NCBI RefSeq assembly: GCF_902459465.1
Contig: NC_047078.1
Coordinates: 8,494,001 to 8,558,000 of the forward strand
Origin: Asterias rubens
Lineage: Eukaryota
Direction of reading: 5' to 3'
Length of the DNA: 64,000 nt
Shown here: piece by piece, positions 23,601-31,717 of the stretch
How the letters are laid out: every line of letters starts with the position of its first letter
Position numbering within the stretch: position 1 is the first letter of the stretch
Notes under the pieces: generated by a model
What the model was told of the DNA's origin: nothing
Databases searched by the model: none
The model's input: the letters and a program-made list of their open reading frames with translations, nothing else
Position numbers and translations under genes: made by a program

Positions 23601-24653
23601 GGGACGTAAATCCATTGGTCCTTTGTGTTGTGTTACGCATGTAAAAGAACCCAGTGCACTTTATTGAAAAGAGAAGGGGTTCGCTTTGCAGTGTTCCTGG
23701 TTTGATATGCAGCATATTGTGCCACAGCACCTTGTAAACCATTACATGGTGCGTTTTAGAATAATAGGTCTCATACTTCTAAGCGTAGCTCCACATACAT
23801 ACACTAAACCTTGCAGGACAAAATACTGAGTGCTTTGATACGCCCTTTGTCGTGACAAAGCGCTGTTTAAGAATCTAGTATTATTATCTCTACATGTATA
23901 TAAAGACGCTAGTATTATTGAAGAGAAGGTAATGCTGTTGTTTTTCTTCAATCCATTATTTCTCCTAGGAAGAACAGTTCTTGTCATAGCACATAGACTG
24001 AGTACAATCAGAAACGCTGATCTTATAGCTGTACTTAATCATGGAAGTATTCAAGAGGTAGGTTAAAATGAAATTCTGCTTACCAGAATAAGGTTACCGA
24101 CCAAACTACCATGTCACTCTGCTAAGCAGAAAATTCTGTTGAAGGAACATTACAGAATTGGTTTTTGCTAATAAAACAAGTAGAGGTTGATTTTGTGTTG
24201 TGTATGAAAAAGCATTTGGAGCGCCACAGCAGCCCATCCAGGGCTGTATAACCCCCATGGAGCTGAGAAAGATTAAAGGAATGTTATTGGCCCAACCAGG
24301 GCACTAATGTAAAGCGCATTGATACGGCTATTGTAAAATGCCCTATATAAGAACAAGTCACTATTATTATTATTTGTTACAACTTCAGTTACTGATGACA
24401 GTGACAGACTGAACTCATGTATTAAAACGTCTCATTTACTTCACAACAAAACAAGATGGATGCCATCCACAACAACACATGGCATGGACACGTCTAATCA
24501 ACAGAGGGTGCTATAATATATCTCACACTGCAGGTAATCACATAATAAAATTTTCATCTACTTGTCTTCCCATAGATTGGAACACATGCAGAGCTGCTAA
24601 AGAAAGGCGGTGTCTATGCTGATCTTATAAAGGGACAAGCAGCAAAGACATGA
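5562..24653 (+). CDS. ABCB8: Mitochondrial ABC half-transporter ABCB8 (16 coding exons, about 707 aa)
   Basis: Exons splice GT-AG in phase. The translation aligns by eye with human ABCB8: [62 protein letters not shown], Walker A GPSGGGKS, signature ISGGQKQR, Walker [14 protein letters not shown]-loop IAHRLST. Confidence 0.95.
6267..6285 (-). promoter_or_regulatory. ZNF143/Staf-binding (SPH/SBS) consensus site
   Basis: The reverse complement reads TACCCATAATGCATTGCGG, matching the selected Staf consensus TACCCATAATGCATYGCGG as I recall it. Confidence 0.55.
6649..6800 (+). CDS. ABCB8: ABCB8 exon 2
   Basis: ttttttag acceptor, AG|GTACAT donor, phases 2/1. Confidence 0.75.
7356..7555 (+). CDS. 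ABCB8: ABCB8 exon 3
   Basis: GLVLLGG...[21 protein letters not shown] donor. Confidence 0.85.
8414..8569 (+). CDS. ABCB8: ABCB8 exon 4
   Basis: [13 protein letters not shown]...AYCLQ. Confidence 0.92.
8914..9215. mobile_element. Kolobok-like MITE (family 1)
   Basis: TTAA|AGGCACT...TGCCT|TTAA with family internal sequence. Confidence 0.65.
9289..9434 (+). CDS. ABCB8: ABCB8 exon 5
   Basis: [18 protein letters not shown]...GELINR. Confidence 0.92.
10339..10555 (+). CDS. ABCB8: ABCB8 exon 6
   Basis: [13 protein letters not shown]...RQVQEQ. Confidence 0.92.
10722..11125. repeat. Intronic tandem repeat, ~105-bp unit, ~4 copies
   Basis: Recurring TATTTTCTAAGGTCTTGTGTTTCATTAGGGGAAAGCTCCAT...TTTCAACTGGCAACTCACACC. 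Confidence 0.85.
11358..11541 (+). CDS. ABCB8: ABCB8 exon 7
   Basis: [24 protein letters not shown]...LSNLALN. Confidence 0.92.
11469..11840 (+). repeat. 174-bp tandem duplication containing the 3' half of ABCB8 exon 7 and its donor
   Basis: CCAGACGGCTGAATGAAAGACTAGG...AATG|GTAAATGGC repeats at +174 with two substitutions in the exon-derived part; a third, degenerate copy follows. Confidence 0.9.
12234..12412 (+). CDS. ABCB8: ABCB8 exon 8
   Basis: [11 protein letters not shown]...SAGARVFE. Confidence 0.92.
12729..12848 (+). CDS. ABCB8: ABCB8 exon 9
   Basis: [13 protein letters not shown]...FSYPTRPEQ. Confidence 0.92.
12950..13030 (-). mobile_element. tRNA-derived SINE head (related copies ~31745-31850, 33805-33890, 43722-43785, 50075-50145)
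   Basis: Box A GCTCAGTTGGTAGAGC and box B GGTTCAAGTCC on the minus strand, without a proper cloverleaf. Confidence 0.6.
13200..13440 (+). mobile_element. L2/CR1-type LINE 3' remnant (similar tails at ~9890-9980, 24220-24375, 62320-62440)
   Basis: Decayed SVAGPMIW...LP...LKT coding motif; the other fragments end in (TAT)n or (TGTTA)n tails. Confidence 0.45.
13471..13543 (+). CDS. ABCB8: ABCB8 exon 10 (Walker A start)
   Basis: [24 protein letters not shown]. Confidence 0.92.
14529..14662 (+). CDS. ABCB8: ABCB8 exon 11
   Basis: [14 protein letters not shown]...IGFINQ. Confidence 0.92.
14864..15368. repeat. Intronic tandem repeat, ~100-120-bp unit, 5 copies
   Basis: AAAACCACAGTGGATGATATTGAATGGTCAGACAGTAGGAGGGTTGACC recurs. 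Confidence 0.9.
15789..15941. other. Assembly gap (153 N)
   Basis: Run of N between a SINE fragment and ABCB8 exon 12. Confidence 1.
15935..16006 (+). CDS. ABCB8: ABCB8 exon 12 (5' end hidden in the N gap; start inferred)
   Basis: (EPV)[24 protein letters not shown]|GTAAGA donor. Confidence 0.8.
16127..16790. mobile_element. Two adjacent Kolobok-like MITEs (family 1; the second is partial)
   Basis: TTAA|AGGCAGTAGACACT start; family internal palindrome TTTCGAGACCTCA...TGAGGTCTCGAA in variant form. Confidence 0.65.
17441..18557. repeat. 29-bp minisatellite, roughly 38 copies, with higher-order structure
   Basis: Unit TTCAGTTTACAGGACTTCAGAGTGTGGTG, head-to-tail without spacers. Confidence 0.97.
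18546..19544 (-). CDS. Predicted secreted PAN/apple + fibrinogen C-terminal domain protein (ficolin/tachylectin-like FReD), intronless, 332 aa
   Basis: Hydrophobic signal peptide; PAN Cys pattern CGRDC...CASFNY...CQLSN; FReD motifs [60 protein letters not shown]. Confidence 0.92.
   Translation of the reverse strand: MKMKSVIFITSIIVTLIVQQCYSECAIRYTQIFYTASNRALVNHVFKWKSVSSPVICGRDCTMDPHCASFNYYTCSYVCQLSNATQSQSPDDFIELQGVAYYDGNLETPSLSAPDSAQNSSCLKLHQAGSCQSGIYTIYPAGLTDGVKVYCDMETDGGGWIVFQRRQDGSVVFYRKWAEYQSGFGDLSTEFWLGNDILRNLTESGQWQLMVNMADWEGNTAWASYGEFAVTGDKYTLLVGSYNNDSSVRDSMAVHNGQSFSTKDQDNDSYNSGDCAQRDKGGWWFNACFHAHLNGRWFNQSQVEWAQGLQWAHWRGNVYSLKNCSMKIREVL
19680..20235. repeat. Three diverged ~180-bp tandem copies upstream of the FReD gene
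   Basis: TTGTTCAAGTA...AAAGACAAACAATTATAAACTGAT...TTGTTTACAACAGTTGCCATGGTTA, three times. Confidence 0.85.
20388..21190. repeat. ~59-bp tandem repeat, ~13 copies
   Basis: AGCTCACTGATTCTAAAGTTCATACCAGTACCAATCCTCCAGATAAATATTTCCATCTGAA. Confidence 0.92.
21317..21698. mobile_element. Kolobok-like MITE (family 1)
   Basis: TTAA|AGGCAGTGGA...TAGTGTCCACTG; ends about 60 bp before exon 13. Confidence 0.7.
21758..21873 (+). CDS. ABCB8: ABCB8 exon 13 (ABC signature)
   Basis: [14 protein letters not shown]...[14 protein letters not shown]. Confidence 0.92.
22647..22768 (+). CDS. ABCB8: ABCB8 exon 14 (Walker B / D-loop)
   Basis: [24 protein letters not shown]...VSK. Confidence 0.92.
23066..23760 (+). 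mobile_element. tRNA-derived SINE split by a TTAA-inserting MITE
   Basis: Box A TGGCCGAGTGG, then TTAA[MITE]TTAA, then box B GGTTCGAGTCC at 23529. The body matches the SINE fragment at ~15715-15788. Confidence 0.7.
23091..23477. mobile_element. Kolobok-like MITE family 2 (other copies 39439-39814, 55964-56346)
   Basis: TIR AGGAACACGTTGCCTTGGATC with TTAA on both sides; internal palindrome GGCCATTTATGGGAGTCAA...TTGACTCCCATAAATGGCC. Confidence 0.8.
23969..24057 (+). CDS. ABCB8: ABCB8 exon 15 (H-loop)
   Basis: [18 protein letters not shown]...SIQE. Confidence 0.92.
24576..24653 (+). CDS. ABCB8: ABCB8 exon 16 (terminal coding part)
   Basis: [25 protein letters not shown]-stop. Confidence 0.92.
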   Translation: MGTHAELLKKGGVYADLIKGQAAKT

Positions 24654-24654
24654 G

Positions 24655-25600
24655 TCTGGGAAAGAAGACATCCTTAGACTGGGACGTCCTTGTACTGAGA
24701 CATAAGGCCTGTTACTGAACCACTCTCTTGGTCTAGAATAATCATGGGATGAAACATTTGTGTCAGTACTTCTTAGGGCTGGGGCATTGTAGGCTAGGAC
24801 AGACTTGGGCTAAAACATCCTCCCACCTAAGATATGACTAAGGTATCATTGGCCTGCAACATCCTAGGCTTGACATCCGTGGCTGGACATTATTGGGCAT
24901 AAAAACCATTGAGCTGATTGGGCCTACTTGTATACCACTCCCTTGGGCTAGAACATTCATGGGATGAGTATACTTGTGTCAGTATTTCCTTGGGCTAAAT
25001 TCCTGTAGGCTAGGACATACTTGGGCTAGAACATCCTTCTGCGTAAAGTATGGCTAAGTATCGTTGGCCTGCGACATCCAGGGCTGGACATTCTTGGGCT
25101 AGGACATTATTGGGCGTAGCCATCATTGGGCTGATTGGGTCTATAACACTCGTGGTCTAGAACATTCATGGCATGAAACAAACTTGTGTCAGCACTTCCT
25201 TGGGCTAAAACATTGTAGGCTAGGACAGACTTGGGCTATTTCATCCTTCTGACTAAAGGTATGACTAAGGTATCGTTTGCCTGCAACATCCTAGGCTGGA
25301 CATCTTTTGCTGGACATTCTTGGGCCATGACATTCTTGGGCTTAGACATCATTGGGCTGATTGGGCCTATACCACTGACTCCCTCGGGCTAGAACATCCG
25401 TGGGACGAAACAAACTTGTGTCGGCACTTCCTTGGGCTAGAACATTGTAGGCTAGGACAGACTTGGGCTAGGGCATGTTTAGGCTAGGGCATGTTTAGGC
25501 TAGGACAGACTTGGGCTAGTGAACAGCCTTCCGACCTTCCTTGGTACTGTTGGCCTGCGACATCATTGGCAGGGATATTCTTGGGCTAGGATATCCTACA
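24655..25600. repeat. Degenerate ~230-bp tandem repeat built of GGGCTAGGACAT-like subunits, starting right after the ABCB8 stop
   Basis: About four units, each with CTTGTGTCAGTACTTC...GGGCT...CATTGTAGGCTAGGACAGACTTGGGCTA. Confidence 0.8.
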
Positions 25601-28600
25601 TGTATAAGGACTTGTCTCTATCTTTGATCTTGGAGAGATTGAGAGACTAGGCAAGTCAATAATAGCTTTCCTTTTAACACTGCCCATAGATGAGTTTTTG
25701 AAGTAGAAATGGGTAAAATACATATTTTTTGAAAGAATTTAAAAAAATTGACAACCTTTGCTTTTAAACATGTACACATTCTCAGACCAGTACAATTTCC
25801 ATCATTGTCTGGTAACAAAAATCATTCCGAAGTCATGGTTTTCAATCTGTTGTCATGGTTACTGAGGAGGCCTTTGTTAACTGCCCTCTATTAGTATTGT
25901 TTACTCGTTCTCCAGAACTGCTCGTAACCAAAACTGTTACTCATCACAAAAACAACTTTACTTGACTGAAACACGTTGTTACTCGTTACTCAAATGAAAA
26001 TGTACTTTGACTCGATCTTAGGAGATTTTGTTCAAAATAAAGTTGTCTAATTTATGTTGCGTTAAAATAAACTAAATGCCATTGCTATCCGAGATAATAA
26101 GAATAAAGCACTGGGAAAAGTAAATTGAAATTGTCTCTGATTGATTTATGTTTAAATGATATTTATCATAACATTCTCACATTGTCGACATGCAACTCAT
26201 TTCAATATAAAATTTGTTGGTTAAAACTACCAAATTTGGTAGTTGAAACTAACAGACTATACTATTAGTACTTGGCGATTTTTTTAAATGAAACCTAGTA
26301 ACTTTTGGAATCTAAAAAAATAGCGGTTTTATATTTAAAGACAGGTTTATACTCGTCTAACACAAGTACGTATTTTCACTAATGTCCCAACTCATGCAAA
26401 AATAACAAACCTGTGCAAATTTGGGCCCAGTTGGTCATTGGAAGAAAGTAATGAAAGAAAAAACACTTAGATAGTTGGAGTAATTATCAAAGGTTTAGAT
26501 ACAATTTTTGGGGTTAACTGACCAAACCTTTATCATAGAACCTTCAATTTATGGGTATCAAATCGTTTTGCTGTACAAGTGCCTGTTTCTTGTTTAAGTA
26601 TGGAAGTGTGATCAATACCTGGGCATGATTTCATTTGTAAGCAGGAAATACTGCTCAGCAAAATTCTTTGCTAAGCACAGATTGAGTAGGGCATCAGTTG
26701 CAACAGTGTAAACCTTATGGAATCTTGGCTGGTAACCAGTTTCTGTAAAAGCAACATACATGTATTTCTGTGCTTAGCAAGTTGTTATGCTTATTCAGGC
26801 TTTATGGAATGGGTAACTCTTGGCCTGTATGCTTCAAGGCATTTTCTCCTTGGTAAAGGGCACCCTATGAGGAAATTGTAAATTTCTATTGTAGCATTTC
26901 AAGGGCACCAAGGCAATGACAAGGGGGCATTGAGGCAATCACCGTTAAGCTTATTGCCTCCATGAAGTAACAGTGGCCCGGGCACCCAAATTAACAATAA
27001 TTCAAGAGAAAAGAAAACGGTTAACTTACAAACTTCTTGGACTTGATCTTGATATGAAACAGAAGTTCTTGATGGGTTTAGGAAACTGCAAAGCAAAATC
27101 TGTCATCCTGAGGTGGTCTCATTGTCCAGATTCTCACAAAATGTCATCATCTTTCACTGTCAGTCCTCAGAAACATGCTCCAAACGAATGAGTGATAACT
27201 GTTGAATGTCATTAGCATGTTAATTTTAGTTAATAATACAATTTATTTATCTGGCTGGTCTCATCTGTCAGACTGTCAAGAGTTCCATGTCCTTGCCCAG
27301 TCATAGTCTTCGTCTGTGAAAGGGAACATCTTAATAGAATTTCCCCCTGTGTATTGATAGTCCAGGTCCTTTTTCAATCAATTTTTAAACAGGGATACCT
27401 CATTGAGGTAAATAAGACACTATATTACTTCATATCGAATGAAAAAGTGGTGGCGCCATACAGAAACTTTTCAAAATATTTGTTCGTCTGCACGAAGAAA
27501 AATTGCCACTGTCTTATTTAAAACAGGGTTGTTTCATCTTTTATCTTGATCGATTAAAAAGGGGATTACTAAATAAAACCAGGAAAGTTCTTGAGGATGG
27601 CCATTTTGATGTTCAGACAAACACATTGTGTACGGGACGGGGAGACACAATCTCCGTGGGGAGCAGCCTAAAAAAAATAACCGCAACACCAGATGGTTCA
27701 ATTAATTCACCCGCTAAAACATCCATTAATTTAAACTTTTCACCAAAAGTCCTAAATCTCAAATAACATTCAGAGTTAAAACTTACCTTGACTGGTTTCG
27801 GTTATGTACTAACATCCCTTGACGTGTTTCCCCCTCAAATATTCTGCATTTTGGTGTGATTTTAAGGGTATATCTCATCTGGCTACCGGCGCACATGTGA
27901 TTTGAAAAAACTCGCAAAATATCCCGCCCTCAATAGTGCGGTTTAGCCAGGTGTAGACTAGCCACACGGGTCCTGTCCAAAGATTATTGAGTGCCGAACG
28001 AAGACGCAAAATGAGTAATCGTTGGAAATTGAAGTAATATTTCCATCAAGCAATTTCGATTCATTGAGAGCAAACCCTCTTTTAAAACAACCTCCTCCAA
28101 CCTTTCTTTCTTGTTTACCCATAATCAATTTTCTTCCTCCATGATTTGACAGAATGACAGACAGAATCATTTGAGGCTCCGATGCTATTTGTATTTCTGT
28201 ACCTCAAAATTACCAATTCGTAGTGCTTCTCAATGGGGATTTTTCTTTCTTCTTAACTCGATTTAAAAAAGGGAAACCTTAAACAAAGAAATCAGGAAAA
28301 CTTTTGAGGATGGCAATTCCATATACTCACAGAAAAAAAGAAATTGCCTCCGGGGGACAGATATACCTAATCAGGGCCAATCTCTGGCGAAACTCGAACC
28401 CGAAAAGTGTTATGTCAGTTGTTTAGGCTACTGCATTTCATGGGCCTTTTCGAAACTTCGGCTCTTTCCAGTGTGGCAGTGCATCCCCCCCCCCCCCCCC
28501 CCCCAGAGATTCGTCCCACCATGTGGCAAACTGTGAGAAATTGAAGGAAAGACGACCGGCGTCCTCAGAACCGACGCATGGGGGAGTGAGCAGATGACGT

Positions 28601-28651
28601 TTCAAACGTCATTGTGCAGAATGATACGTCTTAACGAAAACTCCCTATTAA

Positions 28652-29290
28652 AGCCAGTGGACACTATTGGTAATTGTCAAAGACTAGCCTTCACAGTTGG
28701 TGTATCTCAACATATGCAATAACAAACCTGTGAAAATTTGAGCTCAATCGGTCATCGAACTTGCGAGATAATAATGAAAGAAAAAACACCCTTGTCACAA
28801 GTTGTGTGCGTTTGGATGGTTGATTTCGAGACCTCAAGTTCTAAATCTGAGGTCTCGAAATCAAATTTGTGGAAAATTACTTCTTTCTCAAAAACTATGG
28901 CACTTCAGAGGGAGCCGTTTCTCACAATGTTTTATACCATCAACCTCTACCCATTACTCGTCACCGAGATATGTTTTATGCTAATAATTATTTTGAGTAA
29001 TTACCAATAGTGTCCATCACTGCCTTTAAGGGAAGGTACACGTTTGGTACATTGTCAAAGACCAGAAGCTGCGAGAAAATGATGAGAGAAAAAACACCAT
29101 TGTTGGACGAATTTGTGTGCTTTCAGATAGGAATAAAAGACTTCTGGCTAGAATTCTTTTATTATTTTAGTGAGAAATTACCTCTTTCTCAAAATGTATG
29201 CTACTATCAACAGCTCTCCAATGCTCGTCACCAAGTCAGTTTTTAAGTTAGTATTTGTTTTGCGTAACTACCAAACCTGTACCTTCCAAG
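28652..29290. mobile_element. Two abutting Kolobok-like MITEs sharing a TTAA
   Basis: Family-1 copy 28652-29025, then the AGGGAAGGTACACGTTTGG subfamily from 29030. Confidence 0.7.
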
Positions 29291-31350
29291 CCACTCTATA
29301 ATGTAGAGGGCGCACTTCAGTATCACAGACCACATCATCCGTTGCGTTCGTTTATTACTGACTGCTGGGGATTCCCTTGTTCGCTTCCTGTTCTGAATAA
29401 ACCGTTGGATTAGCAAATAGGGCGGAGGTTTCAACAGAAATGGACCTGTACAACGAAATCAGTAATCTATGGGCAACAACGATTACTGAAGAAAGGGTCG
29501 TTTGCCCTGAAGGTTCGTTTTGGAGCCAGTCTCCGGTGTTACCGGATCTGTTAATCGGGGGGGGGGGGGGGGGGTCAATATACTACTGCAATATTTTGTA
29601 AAAAAAAGAATCGGTTGTTGCAAACAACCAACCAAAAATGTAATTGCAAAAAATAGTTAATGGCCTCACGTTTCAACACTATAGCAAAGTCTTTCTCGAA
29701 GGCTAATACATTTGGGTGTTTTTATAATTGGGTGTTTTTATAATGTTTTCTTTCATGTCAATATTGTTATTATTTTTTTAATGTATTAGTTTTAAAATCA
29801 TTGTAATTAAACTTTTGGCTACATTACTGCAGTAATGGCGTGGATGTAAATGGTTTGGAGTTAAGTTCAATTTCGGCATTGGGGGAAAATATTCATTAAC
29901 AGAATGGACGGAAACAATCTTTGGCACATTGAAACTGGTCGAATTCGCCCGGTGTTTCCTGGCTAGTCTGAGTCCAAGACGCTCCCGTTGTTAAATACCC
30001 TCCCCGCGAGAGGGCGCGCCATCAACCACGTAATAAACAACAACAATTTGCGTCTTGAACTAAGACTAACATCAGCATGGTTATAAGGTTGAATAATGGT
30101 ATTTCACTCAATGCCTTTTGAATGAATGCAATTTGATTGTTATCACATTGGACTTCGAACATTGTCTGTTGGTTTAGTAAGCTGGAACAAAATACCAAAG
30201 GTAACACGTGACACTGAACATCCACCAAACCCATAATAGTAATATGATAACACTGCGAAGAGCTATAATTATAGGACAGAGGTGCAAGGCCGTTCGTCCA
30301 ATTCGGTGTACTCAGCGTGGCGCTTGCAGGCTCGCTGGAAAGTCCCCGTCACCCAATTTGCCGTTGCCCATCCAAGGCCAAATTTCAAAAGAGCTTGGCC
30401 CAATTGCATAAAGCCTGTAAGCACAAACTTGCTTAGCACAGGCATGGGGCATTTATTGCTTAACGGAAACGGGTTACCAAATTACCTTGTTGTGACTGTT
30501 GAAAATACAATTTAGAAATTGCCTCTGTAAAATTAACTGAGTGAAACGGTGTTAATAAATAATTTGTGGTCGTAACACGAGTAATACAATTGCAAAACTA
30601 TTGATTTACAAAGCGTGCATTTAAATAAAACAAAAAAAATAGCTGTACTATTGTTATAAAATAATTAAAAAAACGTAGCACAACAAAATGTTGTGGTTTT
30701 CAGACTAAAAATAACCGTTCTTTATATGACCTCTAAGAAATAGCCATGAAAGAATTCCCAAAAAACACAAAGGTGTAATACCGAAAATGTTTCCAGTGTT
30801 GTTTAGTGAAGCGCATGGTCTCAAATAAAAACCCATTGTTGCCTACTCATGCTTGCACATTGCACTGTACGGTATACCATTCCAGTAAATCAGAACCTTG
30901 ATAAACAGAAAACCCGGGTGATTTCGTGTAACACACCCCCGGTGGCAATTTTTTTTCTCTGTATTTTAATCTTGCTAAGTTACACAAAAACCCTGGTTTT
31001 CCTTATAATGATTTAATGGGTTTAGAAGAGGAAGAAAAATCCCCATTAAAAAGCACCACGACAGTGCATTTTCGCTGTACATAAAAAAATGCAATATTTT
31101 ATTTTGTAGAATCGTATTGTTTTGGGTGGGTTTTTTGGTTTTTGTTTTGTTTACCTGGCGACATTACTAAGCACAGAAAGCAGCTTTGCAAAACATTGCT
31201 TACCGAAACAAGGTTACCACCCCAAAACACCACTCTTATCTGTAAAAATCGGCCTCTGGCAGCAAAGATCAAAATGAGACCACTGACATCGGTTCCCCGT
31301 GTCCCTTTACTCTTTAGCCACACTGCTTATGAAGTATAGATTCATTTTAA

Positions 31351-31717
31351 GACACTGGACACTATTAGTATTATTGTCAAAGACCAGTTTTCTCACTTGG
31401 TGTATCTCAACATATGCATAGAATAACAAACTTGTTAGAATCTGAGTTCAATCGGTCGTCGAAGTTGCGAGATGAAAGAAATACACCCTTGTCATACGAA
31501 GTTGTTTGCTAGCATGATTTCGAGACCTCAAAATTCGAAATCTGAGGTCTCGAAATCAAATTCGTTGAAAATTACTTCTTTCTCGAAAACTACGTTACTT
31601 CACTAGAGGGAGCTATTCTAACTGTGTTATACTATCAACCTCTCCCCATTACTCATTACCAAGAAAGGTTTTAGGCTAATAATTATTTTGAATAATTACC
31701 AATAGTGTCCACTGCCT
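31351..31717. mobile_element. Kolobok-like MITE (family 1)
   Basis: TTAA-flanked; TIR ...CCAATAGTGTCCACTGCCT. Confidence 0.7.
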
